The notes beneath the pieces are model-generated. The model saw only the letters and a program-made list of their open reading frames with translations. It ran no database searches and was not told where the DNA came from. A stretch of DNA of 64,000 nucleotides, taken from Takakia lepidozioides (taxonomy: Eukaryota; Plantae; Bryophyta). Location: positions 81,654,001 to 81,718,000 of the forward strand of contig CM060732.1 in assembly GCA_030704615.1 (NCBI GenBank), written 5' to 3'. This document shows positions 1 to 11,694 of the stretch, in pieces. Made by a program: the position numbers and the translations under genes. The stretch's first letter is position 1; every line of letters starts with the position of its first letter.

Positions 1-404
1 TTTCATGTGAGTAAGTTCATTTTCTGTCTATTTCATCCCTGCGTATATTCTCTGTCGCGTCCCCTTCTGTTGTCTGATTATTACCCAAATGGTGCATTTC
101 TGATTGCAGGAATGTCAACACAATCCCGTTGCCCCTATCTTCCATATACTTGAGGGACTTGTGTTGGAGCCCACCTCCTATTTATGTCCTTCCCGACTAC
201 GCAGAAGGCATTGCTCGTGTGCATGCAGCTGTGCTTTCTCCCCCACCCTTGCGTTGGAGTTCCAGGAAGACGCTTAGGCACCTCCGCGCAAAGGTCTTCA
301 TAGATGATAGTGCCGCAGTTTCAGGTGGTAGCAGTACTCCTAGCAGTTCAGCAGATTCAGGTGGTAGCATTAGCAGTGTTGACACCACCTATGGATGTAC
401 TTGA
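1..404 (+). CDS. 3' end (intron plus last exon) of a gene paralogous to the methyltransferase-like gene at 8624-11596
   Basis: The window starts tttcatgtga|gtaagt, matching the minus-strand donor context near 8955. Acceptor ttgcag lies at 104-109. The exon reads SPPPIYVLPDYAEGIARVHAAVLSP..SRK, versus DSPLSNFLLHVYAEAMALHAAESLSP..SRR in the last exon of the minus-strand gene. Confidence 0.55.
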
Positions 405-1019
405 GGGCATTCATTTATGGAACATGAGCGGACACACTCTCCGTTTTCCGTTGCACCACCATTTCTCTTCCCACCATCCGTTGTAATGAGCACGGACTAC
501 AATGAAATTCACATCCCGTCATTGAAACATTCTCTCCCCCACGTCCTGCGAATTTGAAAGTGTTTTCCTTCTAAACATTGCTCTCCAATTCAACCGTGTG
601 CATTCAATAAAAGTTTTTCAACAGAGATGAATATGTGCATAGTCCAATATACAGTCATTCGACATATGCCATCACACCAATATTTGGTTGGATGGATGGA
701 GGATGAATGTTTTTGGATGGATGAAGCCAGATTGGATGTGACATGTGGATGAATGTTGCATGCATGGATGGTCCCATGGATGATGTCAGTGCGCAATATC
801 ATGCACAGGGGCGGGATTGCGAGGTTCACTGTTGGGGTTGAGGTGGGTCCCTACGGCTGACAAGGGTTGGGGTTTCTGTTTGGGGTTGCAGGGTAAATAT
901 GGATGAAGACGTGTTTCTGCGGTAATGGGTCCTCTTCCACGGAAATAGATGCCGCATCTTTCCCAAAATCATGCCACGTGTCCTGGGCTCATGCCAGGCT
1001 CCTGGGCTCACACTCTAGC

Positions 1020-1700
1020 ATCCCCCGGGCGGCGACGTGTCAGGGGATCGGGCCGTCGATGGGAAGAGGGGATCGACGGCGGGGGGAGCAGTAGGATGGC
1101 GGGGGGATGAGGGGCAGATGACACACAACATCCATTGTTTGTGAGGTCGGATGGATGCGCAGGGGATCGACGGTCCGGGGGATCCGCACGTGGCGGGCGA
1201 TTAGGGTTGGGGGATCACTCCCGGTCCGGAAGGGGGATCAAGGCGCGTCGGGGGAGCGGCGACGTCTCGGGGGAGCGCGCGCCGTGGATGGGAGGAGGGG
1301 ATCGACGGCGGCGGGAGCGCCACGTGGCGATGGGTGCGTCATGGGGCCTTCATCGGGCCGTCATCCATTCAATTGAGGTTGGATGGATGGGGAGGGGATC
1401 GACGGTTCGGGGTAGCGCCATGTGGCTGGAGATGGGGGTGGGGGATCAACCCAGTGAGGGGATCCATAGCGGGGGGCCGCCACGTGGCTGGAGATCGGGC
1501 GGTGCTGTGGGGCACCGCGCGGCCAGCAGTGCGGCGGGGGTCAGGGGTCCCGGGCGGGCGGGCGGTGCGGGGGGAAAGGGGGGCGGGGAGCAACGGGCGG
1601 GCGGGGGCGGGGCAACGGGCGGAGGGTCGGAGGGGGGTGGGGATGATTTGACATGGGGCATCCTGTTCGCCGACGAGGCTGCCGGAGCGGGGGTTCCCCG
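1020..1700. repeat. GC/G-rich region with a same-strand GGGGATC(GACGG) motif array, probable transposon subterminal region
   Basis: 11 GATC sites between 1046 and 1496, 10 of them as GGGGATC on the + strand. CACGTGG motifs recur and a G-run-rich tract spans about 1500-1660. Confidence 0.6.
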
Positions 1701-2329
1701 GCTATACCTCGCGGACCGTACCCGTCAGCTCACACGCTTGCAATAAAATCAAGCCACATCCATATTGGGACCCCTACCCAACAATGAGTCCCTTGAACAC
1801 TTTCAATGTTGACCATGTTGAATATATTCCTCATCTCTTCCTCATATAGTATGTCCGCATGCTTGGTCTGCGTAGTCCTGAGGCCTTCATATAGTTTCAT
1901 ATGTCATAATGTGATGTAACATTATTCTATACAGATTTGGAAACATATACAATGCTGCTGCTTTTGATCTGCCATCTCATGTTTTGGCCACGAAAGAAAT
2001 AAAGAAAGTGGAGAAAGCGGAGAGGAGCTGATCGGACAATGGCTGCTTTTATTTTTGATATCATATAATGATAAAGATTTGAGCATCACTCTCTCCCGAA
2101 ACTAGGCTGTGCATAATATTGCCAGCGCACATTAGAAAAGGCCCGGGAGTTTAATGCGACCCTTTCGGTCCTGCCTGCGTGGCACCCCCCGCCACCCCAG
2201 CCGCACCCCCTTCGCCGGCTCCTGTGCGGCTCGCGGTCGCTGCGCCCCCTCGCCCCCACGCCACCCCACCCCTGACCACGAAAGCACAACGTGCAGCCAG
2301 TACCAGCCGTGCTTCAGGTCCCTGAATTG

Positions 2330-5209
2330 TGCCACGATATGTCTGTTGCCGAGAATGAAGAAAACATTGCATCCCATCTTGTTTTGCTGCTTTGAAACCA
2401 AGTTCAACTGCCCAGTGTAGGTGCTTTTAACCATCATGTACTGCAGTGGCGTTTCCAATGGCATGGCAAGCCTCCTGGCCAAAACTCTGCCGAAGTCGCC
2501 TACATTCCCTGGAATCGAGTTGCTGATTTCATTACAGGGGAGTCTTCCCGTTCAGATGGCCCATGCGCTTTCAGCAGGCATCAGCAAAGATGCCATCCGG
2601 AGGGGTCTCTCTTAGCTCCTCGCAGCAACAGTGTCAGGACTACAATAAGGTACATTGGGCTATAGGTCATGTGTTGCAAGGGCTACTGAATGATTTCCAT
2701 GAATGTCCGAGTGCCTGAATCCCCTTGGTGTCATAGTAACGGATTTTTTTTTTGTTATTGTAGGTATAACTGCTCATATGGTCCACATGACAGAACTAGT
2801 TCCCTCTTCGAGGTTACCCCTGCAATGGCACACAAGAAACGCCGAGTGAAGCCTGCAAAGAAGAAGGGGAGGAAGCCAAGAGCCACGGCCGCTTCCACTG
2901 AAGCAAAGCCAAAACAAATGAGGACCACACAAACAAAATCGGGGAAGGCATCAAGAGGGGATGCATGTGCAGGTTTGTAGTGAGGCAATGCTATGTGGAC
3001 CCTGATATTGCAGAGCTGGTCTATTATGAAAAGAGACATGTGAATGGGGCTGTACAGGTCTGCCATGGACCTGCGCATCAAGTAGGTCGCGTTTCATTAG
3101 CTCCCCACCTGAGCGATGAGATGAAATCATGGGTGTTACACAACCTCCATCTCGGACTAAGCATCAACAAGATAATGGCCAAGCACACGCAGAGGGTGAG
3201 GGAAATCATGGATGGGGGGTTCGAGGTTACTCGTGACACCTTCCTTCTTTCAAATGACATCCGAAATATTGCCAACAAGTGCGATGAAGAAACATTCAAA
3301 AAGCACTCCAATGATGCACAAAGTGTCCGAATGTGGGTGCATGAAAACCCAGGAAGCGTTTTCTACTACCAGGAAGAGTCTAATCACCTTGCTTGGACGT
3401 TGAATGACAGAAAACTCGACCTTCCATTTGTGCTTGGCATACAAACTGATTGGCAGAGAAAACAAATGCTCAAACACGGCCATCGTCGCATAGTTGCTTG
3501 TGATGCAACCTTTGGAACGAATGAAAAGAAGGTTCGTCAGATTGTTAACCCGAATTTCTTGAAAGCATGACAAATTTACGTTCTTCGTGTGAAGTACTTT
3601 GTTTTGCAACCATTTCCTTTCAAGTCACTTCAGTTACACATGATTGTTGTTGCAGTACCCGTTATATACCATGATGGTATTCCACGACTGGCTGAATGGT
3701 ATTCCAGTGGCTTACATTATCACTGCAAGGTGCAAAACCATCGATCTGACGCCTTGGATGGAGGCACTAAACAAACAAATGACAAGTCGGCAAGTAGACT
3801 GGTGTCCTAATGCATTTATTGTGGATGACGCTGATGCTCAAATTGCTGCCATTAGGTACGTCCATGAACTCAGGCAATATGCCTACCATGATGTCTTGAT
3901 TACACATGAATTTCAGTTTACCTACCTGATAAGAGAACAGATCTGTTTGGGGGGATTGTGCTGTTTTCTTGTGCTTGTGGCATGTTCGCCGAGCCTGGCA
4001 GAAGAATGCAGTTGCAAAGGTGAAAGACCCAGTATTGCGAGCGGCTATCTTACAAGACCTGGCACAGATCATGTACGATAGAAAGGAGACCTCTGGGGAT
4101 GCAAGTGAAGCATGGGCCGTATTCAAAATTCTGGACCTGCGGGAGAAGTACCCTTCTGAGACAGAATTCTGCACCTACATGGAGACAGAGTGGCTTCCAA
4201 AAGCCAAAATGTGGATGAAAGGATCCCGCAATATACCTCATGCCTCTCAAGACACTAATACTGCCATAGAAGCATACCACGGGAACCTGAAAGCGCAATT
4301 GAAGAGCACCAAAAGCGTCCTCGGTAGTGCGGGTGGATTGGCTCATCTCTGAACTGACAGGTGATGTGCTAACCCATTACTGGTACATGTCACATGCAAA
4401 GGCATATGGGTTCATCCGAAACAAGCGGCAGGAGGGATTTGTTTGCACTTCAATCTTGTTTGCCAAGGACATTCCAAATGCCAATGTGCATCTGCCTTAC
4501 ACCCGGAGGCATTGCAACAGTTGAATGCCACCGCCATTTGGGTATGACATATACTATCCACAATCCGGATTCTAAATGGGCATGTTGTGATTGTCATTGG
4601 GCCCAGAAAGGAAATATGTGCGCACACCAAGTGAATGTTCTGAAGATGCTGCACCCCCAAGTGGAGGATGGGCTGATTGCAAAGTTCTGCGGTTCCCTCA
4701 TGGGCACAAGTAAAGGTGGCCCGAACAACTTGATGACTAGTCATGACTCCCCTTCTTCCATCCCATCCTCTTCACAAACTCCCCCAGGTCTGACCTCCCC
4801 TTCAATGGCTCAGAGAACATCCGCTGGTTGAAGTCCACTGCCCAGCCTACCTGCCCTAATCTCCATAGAGTGGCAAACTATTCTTGAACTGACGGATGAC
4901 AACAGATTTCTCCAGCAACACCTTCTTGCCTTGGTGAGAGCTATAAAAGGAAAGATTTTGGACCTCACTGCCATGGTGGAGGAGGGTCTTCAGTACCCTG
5001 CTGGGAAGCCAGTTATGACTGCTGTTGATGATGGGAATGGAAAGTCACTTGCGCACTTCAAAGACTTTTTGGAGAGGCATGGCTACTCGGGAAATTACCC
5101 ACCCGTGCCCCAAGATTCCAGGACCAGGAAGAGGTTGTACACGGCTGAAGGACTTCAGGTAAGCCAGCATATGGAGGTCTCATGGATCATGTCTTTCTCC
5201 TGGTTCTGA
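2330..5209 (+). pseudogene. MULE-type DDE/SWIM transposase-like gene, frameshifted, with introns
   Basis: Motifs YNCSYGP..CRFVVRQ..RHVN..CHGP, FVLGIQTDWQ..ACDATFGTN, YPLYT..GIPVAY, FIVDDA, CLWHVRRAW, TNTAIEAYH and SWIM CDCHWAQKGNMCAH. Introns at about 3532-3656 and 3856-3940. Frameshifts near 2960, 4320 and 4500. The 5' boundary is approximate. Confidence 0.85.
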
Positions 5210-6690
5210 ACTTCAAGTTTGTCATTTCCATGGGGTGTATGCTGAGTTATGGGAAATGAGGCTGGTCTATGCAGAGATAATCTGAAGCAGCCCTTCCGAC
5301 TGAACACGTCTTTTCAAATTTGTGTGTGCATGGAAATGGGATGGTGAACTATGAGGGGGTGGTGAAGTGCTTTGGATCTTAAATATTGTGGCTAATACAT
5401 GTGATCTGCAGGAGACGGTGAGGAAGACCAATGCATCTTTTCAGTCTGCCAACGAGGACTTGTATGTTGCTTTTCATTGAGGTTTAGGGTTCAGGACACA
5501 CTCTGAACCGCCTCAGCAGGTTTGAAACCGAGCTCTGCGTATTGTCGAAGAGGCGACTTTCTAGTATTGGAGACCATCATAACAATAGCATCAGATACAG
5601 GGCTCATTCTCTTTCGGTTTGTAGCCTCATCAAACTCTTACATGTGAGTTGGGATGTAGTTCAACTTACTGGGAGTTTGGATCTTTGGTTTGGGTCACTG
5701 TAGTTGAGTAGGTATTTCAAATCAGGAGACCTTCTTCAAATGCATGGGCTCGAACTCAGTTTCTCCATCATGAGGCAAGCATTTGCAAATGAAGATGGCA
5801 TTCCAAATTTACACATTTACATGCATCTTTGTAGTTGAATACCTACTTTGAGTCGCTGGCCATGTACAACTGTTTTATTTGAAGTTGGTATTGTTTCCTT
5901 AGCAAAGGACTAGCATATAGGGTTCAAAAACATTTTCCAATGCTCTCTGGTGTCCAATACATAAGGTATTGAAGAACGATCACCCATACTTGTCTTCCAC
6001 ATGAAAGGGAGCATGCACAACCAGCACGAATACAATGCCCATGAAATGTTGTTATTTATATGATTGCAGAGCATAGGTGCAAGGACAGAGCTGCCAGTCA
6101 TGAACAACGTGGACACAAGTTCGTTCGGACCCCAAAATGTCTAAAATGTTAAGACTAAGCTTTCTGTCCATCATAAAATGCAGCTATGTTGCCCCCACTC
6201 CAGTGGGTTCAGATAGCAATAAATATAATGCCTCTCCAACCACGTTTGTGAACAAAACATCTCACCGAGAATGAGAATACTGGTTGTGGCAATGCCAATT
6301 CAAAACGACGCATCCCTCAAAAGCACCCGTCACTTTTTCCCGCCCTACTATCATGTGGGTGGAGGCTGCCAATCAGAGACATTGCCTCCACTTCATGCAT
6401 GTGTTGTCCATACATGTGGACCAATGCGCACCTCAGCGGATGGTGGAATCAGTATCCCTTTGCTCCTCAAGATGCATGTGCCTATCCGAAATCGTGCAGC
6501 ACATGACTTACCCCCTCCAAAAGTCACGTTCTCCAGCCTCACCGAACACATATTCTCCCCACACGACACTGCCATTCAGCACTCCCAAACTCGTTGAGTT
6601 TCCTCAGATCCCCGATTGCCTCGTCGCACTCTCCCTCACCCATTTGCCTGGCATTGCTGCCTCTTTCACTTCCGCCTCTCACACTTAGCA

Positions 6691-7428
6691 ATGTCAGACG
6701 CTCAAGAAGGAGTAGGCAACTCCTGGCTGCAAGAGGACGCTTTTGTTGATGTCGACACTCACAAGGAGTTGGTAGGAGATATTACTGGCATCGTGGGGAC
6801 TCGCATCTCTGGATTGGAAGCATTGGTGGATTGGTCAAAACCCACAGCAGGGGATATAATTCTTACAGCACATGTATCTGCAGGTAGAGTGGGCTGGTCT
6901 GGCTTTTATGATGACACCAACAGTGCAGCTGCAAAACAGCCTAACACCGTTGTACTCAGGTCAAGATTCCCGTGTGCTCCTAACGAAGAGTGGGGGCCAC
7001 ATGCTTTGGGCCTGGACCTTTCGAAGGAGAACGAGTGTTTTCATATTTTTACCTTGTTTCAATGGGTGGATGAAGGCTGGGACTGCATTAAACTGCTGGA
7101 CGAACTTCCTTCCCCCATCATGCACAAGCTTCAGAAGGGTTGCAGACCTGAAAGACCTTGGACCAGGGCTGGTGACATTTGCCTAACTATTGAGGATGGA
7201 GTGATGCATGTCATGTTTGCTTCCTTCATGCATTTGCGGAAGAACTCATCCTCGGTGTTTTTGCGTGTCTTGCCGCATTGGGGGAACAATCACTTCCACC
7301 ACTTAGTCTTCTTCTTTCGGTGGGATATGCGAGTGTGTGTTTGGAAAGAGAGAATGATTAGGCAAGAGGTTCAGGTGCCTAATTATGAGTGGAATTTCAA
7401 AGAGGTTGACTGGTCAGTAGCATCCTGA
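6691..7428 (+). CDS. Unknown protein, probable transposon-borne accessory ORF (may splice onward near 7370)
   Basis: An ORF of about 245 codons from ATG 6691 (MSDAQEG...) with globular-looking composition and no recognised family. Confidence 0.4.
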   Translation: MSDAQEGVGNSWLQEDAFVDVDTHKELVGDITGIVGTRISGLEALVDWSKPTAGDIILTAHVSAGRVGWSGFYDDTNSAAAKQPNTVVLRSRFPCAPNEEWGPHALGLDLSKENECFHIFTLFQWVDEGWDCIKLLDELPSPIMHKLQKGCRPERPWTRAGDICLTIEDGVMHVMFASFMHLRKNSSSVFLRVLPHWGNNHFHHLVFFFRWDMRVCVWKERMIRQEVQVPNYEWNFKEVDWSVAS

Positions 7429-8082
7429 ACCTCTTTCACTAGCATCACATAGATTGCCTCTTTTCTACGTTTGTGTGACCCTTCAGGGTGGGATTCTGGA
7501 AGCATCTGATGTTTGCTTGAACAATGTAAATGCCAAAAAAGAGATTGTCACAACAATCTTTGCATGTATTCATGTCCAATGTGTACTCCCGGCATTCATG
7601 GTTTTCATTTTGCTTTCACATGGTTTGAAGGTTCTCCCACCTTACTTGCACATGCACGGGTTCATGCACTTGCATATGTTCTGAAGTAGATGCAGCAGGT
7701 GGAGTTGAAAGTGAATGACACATGCTGGGAGTTGTTGGAATCACTCAGTGTTGGGGTTTTCTCATCAGTGAGCAACCCTATTCAGGACCATACTCCTGAC
7801 ACCTCTGTTCACCAACATTGAAAATCCGGAGGCTCAGCCTAAAGCCTTGCTCCTCTTGGGGTATCCAACAGATGGATGCTTGTGCGGAGGGATTTCTGCA
7901 AGAAATCTGGAAAGCCTGAACAATTTCCTGAACCAATTTTATATACCAACGTAAGTCTCAGTACGGGATTAACCCCTCACAAATGTAGGTGTATCGCCTC
8001 TTCTGCTGCCCAACCATGGATGCGGGGTCTATGGCCATGACGCTATGGCAAACAACGTCTCGTGAGTACTCAGGACCAGCAA

Positions 8083-8448
8083 GAACATAGTCTCTCCCTG
8101 TGCCTCTGTTCACCAACTTTCAACCACTTTCACAAACTTTGTCGAGGCTGAGCCTAAAGCCCTGGCCATGTTGGGGTCTGATTGCTGGGCAGGTCATACT
8201 CAGCAGATTCATGCATGTGTGAAGGACTTTCTAGAGGAATGAAGGAAAGCCTGAACAATGTCGAACATAGTCTCTCCCTGCAGCTCTGTCACCAACTTTC
8301 AACCACTTTCACAAACTTTGTCGAGGCTGAGCCTAAAGCCCTGGCCATGTTGGGGTCTGATTGCTGGGCAGGTCATACTCAGCAGATTCATGCATGTGTG
8401 AAGGACTTTCTAGAGGAATGAAGGAAAGCCTGAACAATGTCGAACATA
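8083..8448. repeat. Near-identical tandem duplication of about 180 bp, plus an older degenerate copy at about 7800-7925
   Basis: Units start gaacatagtctctccctg at 8083 and 8263, and the junction gaacata recurs at 8442. Confidence 0.9.
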
Positions 8449-8623
8449 TGCACAATGGATATGAGAAGAGTCAGGGAGGTTTGTGAGATGGATTCATACA
8501 TATTGCAATTTAAATGAAAGTTGATTCTGTGATTATTATTTGTTCTAAAGGAACAACTACGGTGGAGGAAGGGGATTCAACGTTTTCCAGATAATATGAA
8601 AATGAATATTAAAAGAATACAGT

Positions 8624-11596
8624 TCAGTCTGACTCAGAGTCAGTACAATGTATCCCCGCTTCCTCTGCATCTAAGTCTAAGTATTTTAGAACACCGGATC
8701 CACGCTGGATACACCTACGGCTGGCCACTAAAAAGTCAGGGGATAGGGACTCGGCCGCGTGAAGTGCCATTGCTTCGGCATAAACATGAAGCAGAAAATT
8801 GGAAAGGGGGCTGTCGAAAACAGACTCGCCAGAAATGACTGTATCTCCTGAAGATCCACCGCTGCCTTTCCTGAAAGACAGCCTGAAAAAGTTATTACTG
8901 TAACTTTGATGTTATCGAGAAATTGAGTATGACTCCCAAAGAGGGTTTAGCACTTACTCACATGAAAAGTCGTTGTCGACCTGCTTATCTTCGGGATCGT
9001 CATCATTTCGAATTTGAATCCGATCAGTCTGTGTGCCTAAAGTGGAGCCAGACAAAAGGGGAGGAGCACTGTGTTGTAGAGGTCAGAATCACCCTCCATG
9101 CCAAAAAGGCTTCTTCCGCCTGCCTTGCATGCATGGTAAGTTGCTCCTGCACCAGACAGGAGAACATGAACAGTTTGGAGGGGGGATTTAAGCAGATGAA
9201 ACCGTTGAAAGAAAACCAATTCGGAAGGGAAAAAACGAACATGTGGACACAGAAAGATCGACCACCCGTGCAGAGCGGTGGCTGCATGACTCCAGCAGTA
9301 CTTGCATGAACGCTGGGGACTTTTCCTTTGCACCTCTCTAGGGAGTGCCAATCTGGTCTCTTCAGAGTCTGACTGGACTGCATGAAGTTGTACAAAATGT
9401 CATCGACATGGGGCTCATAGGGGGGTTGACGAAACAACCCTGGTTAGAAATCTCAAAGCTGCGGATGGAGGATGGTGTCTTTGAGGTGCGAATCCTCCGC
9501 AAGCAGATCGCCTCGAACATCCTCGTCTGCCAAAGATAGCAGGTTAGTGTGGTAAACACAATCTATAGTGGAAGTGTGTACATCTGCTATTCAGAACTCA
9601 GACACAAAAAAATCATGAATCGGTGATGATCGGTGTCGATCATAACACATTCTACTAGAGTGGAGCTGCAGAGAAAATTGAAACTCATGATCAAAGCACA
9701 GATAGAAGGGAGACGGCATACCAGCTGACCAGGGAAACCCCCTTTCACAAGGTAGAGGCTGTTCACACAATTCCATGTGCGCAAAACTTCAAACCCTGAA
9801 GACTTGAGGTATGATGCCAATGCCCGACGACTATCATTGTCACATGACTGAAAAAGCAGAAGTGTCCCTGCATCAGAGAGGAAGTTGTTACAGAACCCGA
9901 ACACCCAACTCTAGTAGTTGTCCTCGAATTTGTTCCAGCCTGGCGTCTTGCCCTTTGGAAGAACTTCTGGCATAGCCTGGCCATCCGGGATGTCGAGAAT
10001 GACAATGTCGGCCGCATAAGTTTTCTGCACACCGCACACGAAGGTGGGACCTGTGCTCACCTGCAACAGACATGTTTTTTATAAGAACGATGACAAGATT
10101 GTTTTCAAAGAACGAGACTGAAATACTGCCAACAAAACTTTCAGAGAAAAAGGAAAGAAACTGGAATTCTCACCAGATTGAGGAATGAGATTATATTGTC
10201 CCAGGTAGGGGATGGCACCCCAGTGTATCCTCTCTTTCGACTCTGCATCATCGAAAGCCAACCCTCATTAACAATTTTCATCTCTCCTACTGAATCAGAA
10301 CGGGAAGGGTGTGGCTTGGCATCGAACACGCACTGAAGAGTGCGGGTATATCTTCCAGCAGTAAAGTCCTGCCCACTCTCCATCTCCTTTTCATTCTCCT
10401 TCCCCTTGTCCTTTTCCTTCTCTTTGGACTTGTCTTTGTCCTTTGGCTTTGCTGGTGAGATGGCTATGACATCAACAACCTTGTCTTTTGGTTTGCGGCC
10501 CGCCTTCTTTCCCTTCTACGGCGTTCCCTGAGCATCAGGCTCCTTGGCAGCCAATGTTGCTATGTTTCGTTGATACTCTTCGTCAGTCAAAGGCGCCAGC
10601 ATCTCAGCGTTATTGTTCAAGTATTTCATATGCTGTTCTTGAAAGGTCGTGTGCTCAGGTGGGCAGTCAAGGTACCACCCACAGTCTCTGAAGTGAGAAG
10701 GACTCCAATCCTTCAATATCCCTGCAGTATACATGGTTGGATCGTTTGCAGGGTCCGACCACATGTCAAGATAGTCGGGAATTCCGCTCAGGTGATTTCC
10801 TTCCATAAGCACATATTTCGTGTACCTGAAAAAAGGAGATAAATCCCAACCCACAAAAGCGCTCAGTGAGTAAGATGCAAGTAGAACAGAATGAAAAAAA
10901 CATAGATTGAAATGGCTCTGAGAACTGCTCCAAGGACCTTTCAGGACCACACTACTGCTCCAGATATGAATGTCGTCAACGCCATTCAAAACATTCCATT
11001 CAATGATACTGTAAATACACCCTAATCCAGGTGAATGCAAATTATCGTTTAGGAATGACACAGACATAGAAGTGAATGTCATCAACGACATTCACTAATG
11101 AAGCCTAATTATTACTTAAATGAAGCAAAATCACATGATGGAAATCAAAAAATCGAGTAAGGAACTCTCCAGGAAAACTCAATGCACATTCATAACGAAC
11201 ATATCACTGAGGACCTCACAACATCACTGTATGTGAATGGCGTCAACGCCATTCACAAAAATACCAAAAAGAAACCAATTACTTAGCTCCCAATCCATGT
11301 AAATTCAATTTGTCGTTGTTGAATAATACAGACACAGCAGTGAATGTCGTCAACGACATTCACTTTGGATTTCTCATAACAGAGCTTATCAAGCCTCCAG
11401 ATTGCAAGAGGAAAAAACAATGCAGAACAACTGAATGTCTGCATTGACATTCAGCAAAATGAAGTGCAGCTGCCGACACTGCACCTAGGGATACTCTGAC
11501 CACTGGGCCCACAAGAAAAGTAATTAAAATGGACGGCTGCATATCTGGAAAGAATAACATAATATGCACAGTCGTTATCTGAGCTTCTTCCGCCAT
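8624..11596 (-). pseudogene. Multi-exon gene with a beta-class N4C/N6A DNA amino-methyltransferase-like domain, disrupted
   Basis: Spliced reading ADIVILDIPDG..GWNKFEDNY*SWVFGFCNNFLSDAGTLLLF..LASYLKSSGFEVLRTW, then TP*RGAKEKSPAFMQVLLESCSHRSARVVDLSVST|xATYHACKAGGRSLFGMEGDSDLY. This parallels DPPY..RVLKPGG..GF / HPTQKP..GDLVLDPFxGSGTT..A..LGR..IGIE. It has in-frame stops and frameshifts. The start at 11596 is tentative. Confidence 0.7.
10967..11454. repeat. Five dispersed palindromes of consensus GTGAATGTCGTCAACGACATTCAC
   Basis: Copies at 10967-10988, 11071-11096, 11232-11257, 11339-11364 and 11431-11454. Confidence 0.9.
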
Positions 11597-11694
11597 ATTC
11601 TCTGTTCATTCTTCAACTGTGTTCTGGAGACATCAGTAAACCGATTTACACTAGATCTGCAATAGCAAGGTACAAACGTACGCGAGGAAGGAAG

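Noticed and set aside
1135-1746. Gly-rich 203-aa ORF
   Set aside because: It is a by-product of G-rich repeats, with overlapping ORFs in several frames and no domain.
10967-11454. CRISPR array interpretation of the palindromic repeats
   Set aside because: Spacers are irregular (about 65-135 bp), there are no cas genes, and the context is eukaryotic and intron-containing.
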